From NCBI GenBank assembly GCA_016177465.1, contig JACOVF010000114.1, positions 1-45,288 on the forward strand: a stretch of 45,288 nt of DNA, given 5' to 3'. A program made the position numbers and the translations under genes. Numbering within the stretch: the first letter of the stretch is position 1; each line of letters opens with the position of its first letter. Below the pieces are notes generated by a model. That model saw only the letters and a list, made by a program, of their open reading frames with translations. It made no database searches and was not told where the DNA came from. Below are positions 1-9,132 of this stretch, piece after piece. The stretch comes from Gemmatimonadota bacterium. Its GTDB lineage: Bacteria; Gemmatimonadota; Gemmatimonadetes; Gemmatimonadales; GWC2-71-9.

Positions 1-752
1 ATCTTATCCAGCCCGTCGAAAGCCCCGCCGCAGATGAAGAGGATATTGCGGGTGTTGATCTGGACCAGGGGTTGTTCGGGGTGTTTGCGCCCCCCTTTGG
101 GCGGCACCCCGGAGATGGTCCCCTCGAGAATCTTCAGCAGTTCCTGCTGCACTCCTTCGCCGGAGACGTCGCGGGTGATGGAGGGATTGCCCGACTTGCG
201 GGCGATCTTGTCGATCTCGTCGATGTAGACAATGCCGCGCTCGCACTCGGAGACGTTGAAATCCCCCGCCTGCAGCAACCGCACCAGGATGTTCTCCACG
301 TCCTCGCCGACGTACCCCGCTTCGGTGAGGGTGGTGGCGTCGGCGATGGTGAAGGGGACGTCGAGGATGCGCGCCAGAGTCTGGGCGAGCAGGGTCTTGC
401 CCACCCCCGTGGGTCCGATCAGCAGGATGTTGCTCTTGTCGAGCTCAACGTCGTTGTCGCGCCCCGAGTGGGAGTTGATCCGCTTGTAGTGGTTGTAGAC
501 GGCGACGGCCAGGGTCTTCTTGGCGCGCTCCTGGCCGATCACGTACTGGTCGAGGACCTCTTTGATCTCCGCGGGCGTGGGGACTTGGGTAATCGCCTCG
601 GAGACTTCCCGCTCCTCGTCTTCTGCCAGGATCTCGTTGCAAAGCGCGATGCACTCATTACAGATGTAGACCGACGGTCCGGAAATGAACTTCCGGACCG
701 AGTCCTTCGACTTGCCGCAGAAGGAGCAGCGGAGGTGCTTATCGTGCGACAT
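1..752 (-). CDS. clpX: ATP-dependent Clp protease ATP-binding subunit ClpX (5' part; runs off window edge)
   Basis: Read manually on minus strand from ATG at 752: [35 protein letters not shown] (C4 zinc finger), then [29 protein letters not shown] (Walker A) and [12 protein letters not shown]; directly downstream of clpP. Confidence 0.97.
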   Translation of the reverse strand, partial: MSHDKHLRCSFCGKSKDSVRKFISGPSVYICNECIALCNEILAEDEEREVSEAITQVPTPAEIKEVLDQYVIGQERAKKTLAVAVYNHYKRINSHSGRDNDVELDKSNILLIGPTGVGKTLLAQTLARILDVPFTIADATTLTEAGYVGEDVENILVRLLQAGDFNVSECERGIVYIDEIDKIARKSGNPSITRDVSGEGVQQELLKILEGTISGVPPKGGRKHPEQPLVQINTRNILFICGGAFDGLDK

Positions 753-793
753 GGGAGCGTAACATGGGAAATGCACCGAGACGGCGCAAGTCC

Positions 794-1420
794 TCAGGCC
801 TTTTTCGGGCTCCCCCCGTCTATGTCGCGACGGTGCGCGATGACGTGATCGATGATCCCGTACCCCTTCGCCTCCTCGGCCGACATGAAGCGGTCGCGGT
901 CCATGTCCCGCTCGATCTGCTCGAGGGTCTGGCCGGTGTGCTTGGCGTACAGCTCGTTCAGCTTGCCGCGCAGGTACAGGATCTCGCGCGCCTGGATCTC
1001 GATGTCCGCCGCGGTCCCCTGGGTGCCGCCCGAGGGCTGGTGGATCATGATCCGGGCGTGCGGCAGTGCGGACCGCTTCCCCTTGGTGCCGGCGGAGAGC
1101 AGGAACGACCCCATCGAGGCCGCCATCCCCATGCAGATCGTGTTCACCGGGGCGTTGAGAAACTGCAGCGTGTCGTAGATCGCCATCCCGCTCGACACCA
1201 GGCCGCCCGGCGAGTTGATGTAGAGGTAGATGTCCCGCTCGGGGTTGTCGGCCTCGAGGAAGAGCAGCTGGGCGATCACGATGTTCGCTACCGTGTCGTC
1301 GATCGGGCTCCCCAGGAAAACGATCCGGTCCATCAGGAGTCGGCTGAAGATGTCGTACGTGCGCTCCCCACGGCTCGAGCGCTCGATGATGTAGGGCGGA
1401 TATATCGTGCTCACGGTCAC
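794..1420 (-). CDS. clpP: ATP-dependent Clp protease proteolytic subunit ClpP
   Basis: [29 protein letters not shown] (catalytic Ser), [17 protein letters not shown]. Start put at GTG 1420, overlapping the tig stop (GTGA); GTG 1414 is an alternative. Confidence 0.97.
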   Translation of the reverse strand: MTVSTIYPPYIIERSSRGERTYDIFSRLLMDRIVFLGSPIDDTVANIVIAQLLFLEADNPERDIYLYINSPGGLVSSGMAIYDTLQFLNAPVNTICMGMAASMGSFLLSAGTKGKRSALPHARIMIHQPSGGTQGTAADIEIQAREILYLRGKLNELYAKHTGQTLEQIERDMDRDRFMSAEEAKGYGIIDHVIAHRRDIDGGSPKKA

Positions 1421-2673
1421 GCGTGCTCCACGGTGGATTGCGAGAGGAGGAAGGCGAACGCCTTCTCCTCGGTGATGCTCCGCTCGAGATCGCGGAGCCG
1501 CTTCGCCTTCTCCAGACTTGCGTACAGCTGGGCGGCCGGCAGCTGGCGCCGGGCGGCGAGCTCCTGGACCTTCGCGTCCAGCTCCGCCTCGGTGGCCTGC
1601 AGCTGCTGCCGCTCGACCACCCAATCGAGCACCAGGTCACGGCGCACCTGCGCCTCGGCGACCGGCCGGAACTCCGCCGCGAACTTGGCCCACTGGTCCT
1701 CGGGAATCCCGTAGGTTTGGGCGTAGACGTACGTCGCGCGCTCGACCAGCGGACGGGGCGCCGCCACCTGGTTCGCTGCCACAATGTGCTCGATCAGCTC
1801 GGCGCGCAGCCGGGCGTCCGCGTCTCGCGCTCCGTCCTTCTCCATGTCCGCGCGCACCCCCCGGCGCAGCGCGTCGAGCGAGTCGAAGTCCCCCACCTCG
1901 CGCGCCAAGGCATCGTCGAGGGCGGGGAGCTCCTGGCGCTTCACTTCGTGCAAGGTGATGCGGATGTCCCGCGTCTGCCCCCGCTTCGTTTCCTCGGGGA
2001 AATCGTCGGGGAACCGCACGGTCGCGTCCACCATCTCGCCGGGGAGGAGCCCCATGATGCGCTCCTCCACGTCCGGGATCGCCCGACCCTCGCCCAACAC
2101 GAGCTGGTAAGGCTGCGGGTCCTTCGCCCCGGTTCCCTCGCGCGTCGCGATCGTAACGTGCACCAGGTCCTTGGGCTTCGGCTGCTCCGCCGTCACCGGG
2201 ACCCAGGGAGCGCGCTGCTCGCGCAGCTCGTTCAGCTGGGCGTCCACCTGCTGGTCGGTCACCGGGCGCACCGTGCGCTTGAGGGTGAAGCCGCCCACGC
2301 GGGCGAGCTGCAACTCGGGCTTCACCTCGACATGGAACTCGAAGGTGAGGGGCGCGCCCCCCCCCTGCTCCCACTTCAGGTTATGGATGTGGGGCTCGGC
2401 GATCGGCTTCAGGGCCTCCTGCTCGAGCGCGCGGGACCAGCTCTCCCGCACCAGGTCCTCGAGCACCTGCTGGCGGATATCGTCGCCGAACTTCCTCTTC
2501 ACGACCGCCGCGGGGGCCTTGCCCTTGCGGAAGCCGGGGAGGCGGACGCGCGCCTGCCAGACCCGGGTGGCCTTCTCCTCGGCGGCCTGGATGTTCTCGG
2601 CCGGCACGGTTACGGCGAGCGAGGCGGCGCCAGGCTCGGAGGCGGTCTTGGTGATCTGGATGTCGGCGGCCAT
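1417..2673 (-). CDS. tig: Trigger factor
   Basis: Ribosome-binding signature [14 protein letters not shown]-like middle domain, tig-clpP-clpX synteny; ATG at 2673. Confidence 0.95.
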   Translation of the reverse strand: MAADIQITKTASEPGAASLAVTVPAENIQAAEEKATRVWQARVRLPGFRKGKAPAAVVKRKFGDDIRQQVLEDLVRESWSRALEQEALKPIAEPHIHNLKWEQGGGAPLTFEFHVEVKPELQLARVGGFTLKRTVRPVTDQQVDAQLNELREQRAPWVPVTAEQPKPKDLVHVTIATREGTGAKDPQPYQLVLGEGRAIPDVEERIMGLLPGEMVDATVRFPDDFPEETKRGQTRDIRITLHEVKRQELPALDDALAREVGDFDSLDALRRGVRADMEKDGARDADARLRAELIEHIVAANQVAAPRPLVERATYVYAQTYGIPEDQWAKFAAEFRPVAEAQVRRDLVLDWVVERQQLQATEAELDAKVQELAARRQLPAAQLYASLEKAKRLRDLERSITEEKAFAFLLSQSTVEHA

Positions 2674-2704
2674 GGCAGAGCGAAATCTAACTACGAGGGG
2701 GAGA

Positions 2705-2780
2705 GGGGAGTGGGGATCGCGAAGCCACCGGGGCACCCGAAACGAACCCACTCCCCACGGAGACCTCCCCAGGCGGGGAG
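2705..2780. repeat. Inverted-repeat/hairpin pair between tRNA-Leu and tig
   Basis: GGGGAGTGGG (2705-2714) pairs with CCCACTCCCC (2747-2756); second hairpin CTCCCC-AGGC-GGGGAG (2765-2780) abuts the tRNA 3' end. Confidence 0.6.
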
Positions 2781-2862
2781 TGCGACCGGAGGGAGTCGAA
2801 CCCTCACGGGTTACCCCACAGGATCCTAAGTCCTGCGCGTCTGCCAGTTCCGCCACGGTCGC
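2781..2862 (-). tRNA. tRNA-Leu (anticodon TAG), CCA not encoded
   Basis: Minus strand GCGACCG-TGGCGGAACTGGCAGACGCG-CAGGA-CTTAGGA-TCCTG-long variable arm-GAGGGTTCGACTCCCTC-CGGTCGC-A: acceptor stem, D loop, TAG anticodon, TTCGA T-loop; typical position upstream of tig. Confidence 0.97.
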
Positions 2863-2886
2863 GACTCTCGGGAATCTAAGGTTGCC

Positions 2887-4182
2887 TCACCGTTTCTCCA
2901 GCAGCGCTCCGAACCGCGGCGACTCGCGCAGCGAATCGAGGTCCGAGTCGTGCTCGATCCACTGCCAATGCCGGAACCCGTTGGCAATGGCCTGCTCGAG
3001 GCAGTCGATGGCCGAGTCGCGCAGGCCCATGAGGGCGTAGGCGCAGGCAACATTGTAGAGCACGGCGGAGTCGTCGGGGTCCATGGCCACCGCACGCTTC
3101 GCCCACTCTCGGGCGCGGGTGGAGTCGCCCAAAATCGCCAGTGCGCCGGCGCCCAGATACAGGGCGCGGGCGTCGTCGGGGTAGCGTTCCAAGTGCTGCT
3201 TGGCCAGCTCGAGCGCACGTCGCTGTGTGGCCTTGGCGTCGTCCGGCCGGCCCAGGCCCAGGTACACGCTCGCGAGCAGCTGCGGCGTGGCGTAGTCCTC
3301 CGGCCGGAGCTCACACGCTCGCTCGTACCACTGCGCGGCGAGCGCGTCCTGTCCTTGGGCGCGGCACGCTCGGGCCCGGAAGTAGTACGCTTCGAACGAG
3401 TCGGGCCGCAGTTCCAGGGCGGCCGCGAACTCCTGTTCCGCCTCGTCGAACCGCTTGGCGAGCGAGAGCGCGACGCCGCGCGCGACGCGGGCGTCGGCGA
3501 GGTCGGGCGCGAGCTCGACAGCCTTCGCGCTCGCCGCGTCGGCCGCCTGCACGTTGGCGTCGCTCGAGTCCCAGTACTGGTACATCATCGCTGAGCACAT
3601 CGCCGCGCCGGCGTGGGCGGCCGCGAACGCGGGGTCCACTTTGATTGCGTCGCCGAACATCTGGAGCGCGTACTCCTGGTTGCGTCGCAGCAACTGGCGG
3701 GCCAGCTGGCGGCCGCGCAGGTAGCTGTCGAAGGCCCGGATGTCGGTCGTGGGCGCCCGCGCGAGCGCGCGCTCCTCTTCCGCCGTGAGGGTGACGCCGA
3801 GCGCCGCCACGACGCTCCGGGTCACCTCGTGACGCACCGCGAATACGTCGGCGTGGGGGCGGTCGAAGCGCTGCGACCAGCGCGCCGCACCCTCCGGGCC
3901 GGTCGCGAGCTGGGCAGTGAGCTGGAGGCGCGTGGCGGTCTTGCGGAGGCCGCCGTCGAGCACGGCCGCAGCCTGCAGGCGCTCGCCCGCCTCGCGGGCC
4001 TCCGTCACGCGGCCTTTCAGGGCGAGGCTCGAGGTCCAGGGGGCGACGCGGAGGGCGCGCACGCCGGCGAGCGCGTCGCGGATTGACTCCGCGAGACCGT
4101 CCGTGAAGTGCTCGTGCTCCGAAGCGCCACTCAGGTTGGCGAACGGCAGCACGGCGACGGCGAACGGCGGTGGCGCGGTCAT
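2887..4182 (-). CDS. TolB-like N-terminal domain plus TPR-repeat protein (no kinase or cyclase domain)
   Basis: AVAVLPFANLSG..EHFTDGLAE motif typical of TolB-like modules, then multiple TPRs ending in YNVACAYA..DSDLDSLRESPRF; ATG 4182 within the long 923-aa ORF. Confidence 0.85.
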   Translation of the reverse strand: MTAPPPFAVAVLPFANLSGASEHEHFTDGLAESIRDALAGVRALRVAPWTSSLALKGRVTEAREAGERLQAAAVLDGGLRKTATRLQLTAQLATGPEGAARWSQRFDRPHADVFAVRHEVTRSVVAALGVTLTAEEERALARAPTTDIRAFDSYLRGRQLARQLLRRNQEYALQMFGDAIKVDPAFAAAHAGAAMCSAMMYQYWDSSDANVQAADAASAKAVELAPDLADARVARGVALSLAKRFDEAEQEFAAALELRPDSFEAYYFRARACRAQGQDALAAQWYERACELRPEDYATPQLLASVYLGLGRPDDAKATQRRALELAKQHLERYPDDARALYLGAGALAILGDSTRAREWAKRAVAMDPDDSAVLYNVACAYALMGLRDSAIDCLEQAIANGFRHWQWIEHDSDLDSLRESPRFGALLEKR

Positions 4183-4299
4183 GGAGGCTACGATATGCCG
4201 GGGGGGGAAGGCGGGGAAGAGCCGGCGCCCTGGGCGCGAGTTCCCGGAATCCAGGCCGCGGGGTAGGTTCCAGTGGACCCTTTCCCAGGATGCCGCGTC

Positions 4300-4974
4300 A
4301 TGACCCGTCTTCGCGCCGCCACGCTCGTCGCGATCGCGGCACTCGTCGCCTTGCCCGCCGCCGCCCTCGCCGCCCAGGACTTCGCCGACCTGTGCCGCCA
4401 GCACCGCACCTTCAAGGCCGGTCAATGGGCCGCCTACGAGTCGAGCGGCGGCCGCGCGGACAGCGGCACGATGCGCTTCGCCATCGTGGGCATAGAGGGC
4501 ACGGGGACGGGCGCGCGCGCCCTGTATGAAATGTCCTTCGGGCGGCGGCACAAGGGCAAGACGGAAACCACGATCATGCAGATGCTCGTGTCCGGGCTCG
4601 GCACGACAGCTGTGCAAGTCCACAGCCTCGTGATGAAGGCGGGCGACCACCCCGCGATGAAGTACCCCGACGCCATGATCGGGATGGCGAACCGCTTCAT
4701 CACCACCAACATGGCCCAAGAGATCGCCAAGAACTGCGCCACGGCGCAGGTGGTCGGGTGGGAAAGCGTCACGGTGCCCGCGGGGACGTTCCGCGCTCTG
4801 CACATCCGCAACGAGGATGGCGGCGAGGCATGGGTCGCCCCCGAGGTGCCGTTCGGGATGGTGCGGGTCAAGGCGAAGAACGGGATGACGATGGTGCTCA
4901 CGGGGCGCGGCAACGACGCAAGGACGTCCATCACCGAAACGCCGCATGATATGATGGGTGGCCGCCGCCCCTAG
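4300..4974 (+). CDS. Secreted hypothetical protein (DUF3108-like beta-rich, ESVTVPAGTF motif)
   Basis: Signal peptide MTRLRAATLVAIAALVALPAAALAA|QDF; VTVPAGTF motif; AGGA upstream of ATG 4300. Confidence 0.7.
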   Translation: MTRLRAATLVAIAALVALPAAALAAQDFADLCRQHRTFKAGQWAAYESSGGRADSGTMRFAIVGIEGTGTGARALYEMSFGRRHKGKTETTIMQMLVSGLGTTAVQVHSLVMKAGDHPAMKYPDAMIGMANRFITTNMAQEIAKNCATAQVVGWESVTVPAGTFRALHIRNEDGGEAWVAPEVPFGMVRVKAKNGMTMVLTGRGNDARTSITETPHDMMGGRRP

Positions 4975-4995
4975 GAGGGTGTTTATATTGGCCGG

Positions 4996-6078
4996 ATGCA
5001 CATCACCTTCGAGCGGGCGACCGCGTTCCAACAGGAAGTGAAGGCGCGGGTCGCGGACTACTTCGCGACCACCGGCCTCCGGCCCCGCGATCTGCCGCGG
5101 ATGTACCTCAAGACGGCGGCAATCTTCGCCTGGTTCGCCCTCTCCTACGTGCTTCTGGTGTTCGTCGCCCGCGGCTGGTGGCAGGTGACGGCTGCGGCGG
5201 CCTCCCTCGCGCTCGCGATGGCGGCGATCGGGTTCAACATCCAGCACGATGGTGCGCACGGCGGCTACTCCGCCTCGAAGCTGGTGGGCCGGGTGATGGC
5301 GTTCGCCCTCGACGTGATCGGCGGCAGCTCCTACTTCTGGCGCTGGAAGCACAACGTCCTCCACCACACGTACCCGAACATCGAGGGCGCCGACGACGAC
5401 ATCAACGTGGGCGCGCTGGGGCGGCTCGCGCCGCAGCAGCCGCGCTACCGGCTGCACCGCTTCCAGCACGTGTACATGTGGCTGCTGTACGGGTTGATCA
5501 CGGTCAAGTGGCAGCTGGTGGACGACTTCAAGGAGCTGATCGAAGGGCGTGTGGGGACCCGCGACGTGCCGCGCCCCAAGGACGGGGAGTTGGTGCTGTT
5601 CGTGGTGGGGAAGGTGGTGTTCTTCTCCCTCGCTTTCCTGATCCCGCTGCTCCTGCACCCGTGGTGGGCGGTGCTGGTGGTGTACGCGGGGACATCATTC
5701 GGGCTGGGCATCCTCCTCGGCGTGGTGTTCCAGCTAGCCCATTGCGTCGAGGAGGCGGACTTCCCGGCGCCCTCGTCCGACACGCTCCGGATGGCCGCCG
5801 AATGGGCCGTGCATCAGGTGCATACGACGGTCGACTTCGCGCGCCACAGCCGCCTCCTCACCCTCTACCTTGGCGGCCTCAATTATCAGATCGAGCACCA
5901 CCTGTTCCCGCACATCTGCCACCTGCACTATCCCAAGCTCGCGCCGATCGTGGAAGACGTGTGCCGCCGGTTCGGCGTCCGCTACCAGGCGCACCCGAGC
6001 CTCCGGGCCGCGCTAGCCTCGCACTACCGCTGGCTCCGGGAGATGGGCCGGCCGGCGGCGGATCCCGAGCCCGCTTAG
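4996..6078 (+). CDS. Membrane fatty acid (acyl-CoA/acyl-lipid) desaturase
   Basis: Three His boxes HDGAH, HNVLHH, QIEHHLFP (front-end type Q box) and TM segments; no cytochrome b5 HPGG domain. Confidence 0.92.
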   Translation: MHITFERATAFQQEVKARVADYFATTGLRPRDLPRMYLKTAAIFAWFALSYVLLVFVARGWWQVTAAAASLALAMAAIGFNIQHDGAHGGYSASKLVGRVMAFALDVIGGSSYFWRWKHNVLHHTYPNIEGADDDINVGALGRLAPQQPRYRLHRFQHVYMWLLYGLITVKWQLVDDFKELIEGRVGTRDVPRPKDGELVLFVVGKVVFFSLAFLIPLLLHPWWAVLVVYAGTSFGLGILLGVVFQLAHCVEEADFPAPSSDTLRMAAEWAVHQVHTTVDFARHSRLLTLYLGGLNYQIEHHLFPHICHLHYPKLAPIVEDVCRRFGVRYQAHPSLRAALASHYRWLREMGRPAADPEPA

Positions 6079-7193
6079 CCCAGCAGGATCCCGGCCATCC
6101 CCGCCGCGGCGATCACCAGCGGCTCGGGCACTTTCTTCACGAACACCAGGACGACGAGCGTCGCGACGGCCACGCCCGCGGTGGGCCAATCGGCGATCGC
6201 CCGGCGGCCCAGCACGACCGCCGCCCCGGCGATGGCCCCCGTCGCCGCAGCGGTCACGCCGTCCACGAACGCCTTGATCCGGGGGTTGCGCGCCAGGCGG
6301 TGGTAGTACGGCGCGGCCAACACGACCGTCAGGTAAACGGGAAGGAACACGCCGACGGAGGCGGTGATCGCGCCGAGGGGGCCGGCGGTGAGATAGCCGA
6401 TGAAGGCGACCGTGATCACGACCGGGCCGGGCGTGATCATCGAGACAGCGACGGCGTCGAGGAACTGCCGCTCCGTGAGCCAGCCGTACTGCTGGACGAC
6501 GCCTCCATAGAGGAACGGAACGATGGCAAGCCCGCTGCCGAACACCACCGCCCCCGCTTTGGTGAAAAACCAGAGTAGTTGCCCCAGAAGTCCCGGCGTG
6601 ACCGGGGCGGGGAGGGCGGCGAGGAGCCAGGGCGGGAACGCCAGGCCCGCGGCGTGTCCCGCCCGGGGGGCGACGAGGCCGCGCAGAAGCACCACGACCG
6701 CACCGCTCGCCACGAACACCCAGAGGATCTCCGACGCCGTCCATGCGGTGGCGGCCGCATTGACCGCGAAGATACCCCACAGCAGCCGGTCGGCGCGCAG
6801 CGTCATCCGCACGAGCTTGAGCGCGCTGCGCGCGATGATCGTGATAACCGCCGCGCCGATGCCGTAGAACGCGCCGCGCATCCACGGCAGCCCCCCGAAG
6901 CGGACGTACAGTGCCGAGAGCCCCAGGACCATAAGGAAGGAAGGGGTGACGAAGGCCAGGCCCGCGAGCGTGGCGCCCAGGAGTCGGCCCCGCACCCACC
7001 CGAGGTAGATGGCAAGCTGGGCCGCGAGCGGACCCGGGGCCAGCTGGCTGAAGGCCAGCCCCTCGGTGTACTCCCGCGGGGTGATCCAGCCGCGCCGCTC
7101 GACCAGGTCGCGCTGCATGTAGCCCACGAGCGCGATCGGCCCGCCGAACCCGATCGTGCCGAGGCGGAGAAAGTAGGTCACCAACTGGCGCAA
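6075..7193 (-). CDS. chrA: Chromate efflux transporter ChrA (long-chain, two CHR domains)
   Basis: GTIGFGGP, QLAPGPLAAQLA and second-domain VFGSG, MITPGPVVIT motifs; adjacent to chrB. TTG start uncertain. Confidence 0.93.
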   Translation of the reverse strand: MRQLVTYFLRLGTIGFGGPIALVGYMQRDLVERRGWITPREYTEGLAFSQLAPGPLAAQLAIYLGWVRGRLLGATLAGLAFVTPSFLMVLGLSALYVRFGGLPWMRGAFYGIGAAVITIIARSALKLVRMTLRADRLLWGIFAVNAAATAWTASEILWVFVASGAVVVLLRGLVAPRAGHAAGLAFPPWLLAALPAPVTPGLLGQLLWFFTKAGAVVFGSGLAIVPFLYGGVVQQYGWLTERQFLDAVAVSMITPGPVVITVAFIGYLTAGPLGAITASVGVFLPVYLTVVLAAPYYHRLARNPRIKAFVDGVTAAATGAIAGAAVVLGRRAIADWPTAGVAVATLVVLVFVKKVPEPLVIAAAGMAGILLG

Positions 7194-7201
7194 GCTCGCG
7201 C

Positions 7202-7987
7202 TCAGACGGCGGGCTCCGTGAATCGCGCGTAGAGGTCCTCGAACAGGATGGCGCCGCGCGCCACCCGCGCCGCGTCGTCGGCGGCGCCGGCGGCGATACC
7301 CTGGAGCAGCGTTGCGATCCCTGGCGCCTCGGGGCGGCCGAACTTGTCGTCCTTGCAGTCGATGTCGTGCACGATCTCGGCGATCGCCTGGAGGGCGGGG
7401 TCGGCCAGGGCGAAGCGGTGGAGCAGGGTCTCGAACGTGCAGCGCTCGCCCTCGTGCGTGTATTCGGCCTCGAACATGTCGAAGCGGCGCTCATCGGCGG
7501 CCGGGCGGTACCGGTGAGCGGCCACGAACTTGAAGCGCGCCTCGGGATCGATGAACCGCCGGATCAGCCACGCGCTCGCGATGCGGTCCACGAACACGCG
7601 CTCCCGCGTGACCCAGGCGTGGCCGGGCGGCACCCGGTCGGGGGCGCGGATCCCGGCCGCGGCGGGCGCCGCCGAGGCGCGATCGAAGGCGAACCTGGTC
7701 ATGAGTTCTCCGTCCGTAACTCCTGCCACGAACGTCGCCTCGCAGATCATGGCCTCGCCGCCATCGGCCTCGATCTCACGGCGGAGCCAATGAAGGTCCT
7801 CGAGGGCGTCGTCGCTCCGCGGCAGGACGTACACGGAATTCTTGAGGGCAACCGCACCGATCCGGCGCAGTCGGCGCCGGACTTTCACGCGGAAATAGTC
7901 CGGCTTGGGGGGGATCTGGTGGATGAAAACCAGCCAGGGCGGCGCCTGTACCCCTTGCCGTTGCGCTGTCGCAGATGAATCATTCAT
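7202..7987 (-). CDS. chrB: Chromate resistance regulator ChrB (ChrB_N plus chromate-resistance domain)
   Basis: WLVFIHQIPPKPDYFRVKVRRRL..GAVALKNSVYVLP and WVTRERVFVDRIASAWLIRRFIDPEARF..FDM..THEGERCTFE; ATG 7987. Confidence 0.9.
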   Translation of the reverse strand: MNDSSATAQRQGVQAPPWLVFIHQIPPKPDYFRVKVRRRLRRIGAVALKNSVYVLPRSDDALEDLHWLRREIEADGGEAMICEATFVAGVTDGELMTRFAFDRASAAPAAAGIRAPDRVPPGHAWVTRERVFVDRIASAWLIRRFIDPEARFKFVAAHRYRPAADERRFDMFEAEYTHEGERCTFETLLHRFALADPALQAIAEIVHDIDCKDDKFGRPEAPGIATLLQGIAAGAADDAARVARGAILFEDLYARFTEPAV

Positions 7988-8000
7988 TGATTCAATTGTA
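7976..8000 (-). promoter_or_regulatory. Candidate operator TGAATCA-N5-TGATTCA plus -10 TACAAT of chrB
   Basis: Perfect 7-5-7 inverted repeat at 7976-7994 centred on the chrB start codon; TACAAT (8000-7995, minus) lies 7 nt before the ATG; AT-rich patch in GC-rich DNA. Confidence 0.65.
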
Positions 8001-8034
8001 TCACTGCCGTACCCACCCCGCAAGGACCGATCGC

Positions 8035-9018
8035 ATGACCTTGATCCTCACGCGCCGGGAGGTCGCCCGGTTACTCGAGCTCGACGAGTGCATCGCGGCC
8101 GTGGAGGGAGCGTTTCGCGCGCACGGCGAGGGACGCACTGCCGCGCCCGCCGTGCTGGGGTTTGCCGCGCGGGACGGCAGCTTCCACATCAAGGCCGCCG
8201 CCCTCGAGAGCGGGGCGCGCTATTTCGCTGCGAAGATCAACGGCAACTTCTTCCACAACGGGGAACGGTTCGGGCTGCCGCGCATCCAGGGGGTGATCGC
8301 CTTGTGCGACGCGGACACCGGCTCGCCGCTCGCGCTGCTCGACTCGATCGAGATCACGATCTTGCGCACGGGCGCCGCGACGGGTGTCGCGGCGACGTAC
8401 CTCGCTCGTCCCGACTCGCGCGTAGCCACGATCTGCGGCTGCGGCGCGCAGGGGCGGATCCAGCTGCGGTCGCTGGCCCGGGTCCTGCCGCTCCGGACGG
8501 TGCACGCCTGGGACGTGGCGCCCGAGATGGCGGGACGGTTCGCGGGCGAGATGGCGGCCGAGCTCGGCCTCGCGGTCACGCCGGCGACCGAGCTGGAGTC
8601 GGCCGTCGCGACGAGTGACGTCGTCGTGACCTGCACGCCGGCGCGGAGGTTCTTCCTCCAGCGCGAGTGGGTGGCGCCGGGAACCTTCGTCGCCGCCGTC
8701 GGCGCCGACAGCGCAGACAAGCAGGAGATCGATCCTGCCCTACTCGCCGCCAACCCCGTGATCGTTGACCTGCTCGAGCAGTGCGCGGCGATCGGCGACC
8801 TGCACCACGCGCTCGCGGCCGGGGTGATGACGCCCGACGACGTGCGCGCCGAGCTGGGGCAGGTCGTCGCGGGGCGCCGCCCGGGCCGGATGCGCCCCGA
8901 GGAGATCGTGATCTTCGACAGCACGGGCACCGCCCTGCAAGACGTGGCGGCCGCGGCCGTGGTCTACGAGAAGGCGGTCCGGGCGGGGGTGGGGCTAGCC
9001 GTCGAGCTCGGAGCGTGA
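8035..9018 (+). CDS. Ornithine cyclodeaminase / mu-crystallin family protein
   Basis: ITILRTGAATGVA, Rossmann GCGAQG, AVGADS..KQEID, FDSTGTALQD; AAGGA RBS before ATG 8035. Confidence 0.92.
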   Translation: MTLILTRREVARLLELDECIAAVEGAFRAHGEGRTAAPAVLGFAARDGSFHIKAAALESGARYFAAKINGNFFHNGERFGLPRIQGVIALCDADTGSPLALLDSIEITILRTGAATGVAATYLARPDSRVATICGCGAQGRIQLRSLARVLPLRTVHAWDVAPEMAGRFAGEMAAELGLAVTPATELESAVATSDVVVTCTPARRFFLQREWVAPGTFVAAVGADSADKQEIDPALLAANPVIVDLLEQCAAIGDLHHALAAGVMTPDDVRAELGQVVAGRRPGRMRPEEIVIFDSTGTALQDVAAAAVVYEKAVRAGVGLAVELGA

Positions 9019-9019
9019 G

Positions 9020-9132
9020 CGCGGCGGGCGGCGCGACCTTCACCACCACGCGCGCTTGAGTCGCGTCTCCTCGGCGACGTAGACCCGGCTCATGCCGCCG
9101 CCGCCCAACTCCTGCTCGCTGCGGTAGTTCAC
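9020..9132 (-). pseudogene. Frameshifted N-terminal remnant of a Hanks-type Ser/Thr kinase
   Basis: VNYRSEQELGGGGMSRVYVAEETRLKR then, after a 1-nt shift, VVVKVAPP (subdomains I-II); no further kinase sequence before the convergent OCD gene. Confidence 0.75.

Noticed and set aside
2357-2365. C9 run in tig (also G8 at 4200-4207 and C8 at 39772-39779) as phase-variation tracts
   Set aside because: Runs of 8-9 are plausible by chance at this GC content, and reading frames are intact.
2781-2862. tRNA-Leu as integration site of a genomic island
   Set aside because: No integrase, and I saw no duplicated tRNA end (att) in the window; tig follows directly.
4183-5658. N-terminal half of the 923-aa minus ORF as one giant protein
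   Set aside because: It is the antisense shadow of the desaturase and secreted-protein genes; recognisable sequence starts at ATG 4182.
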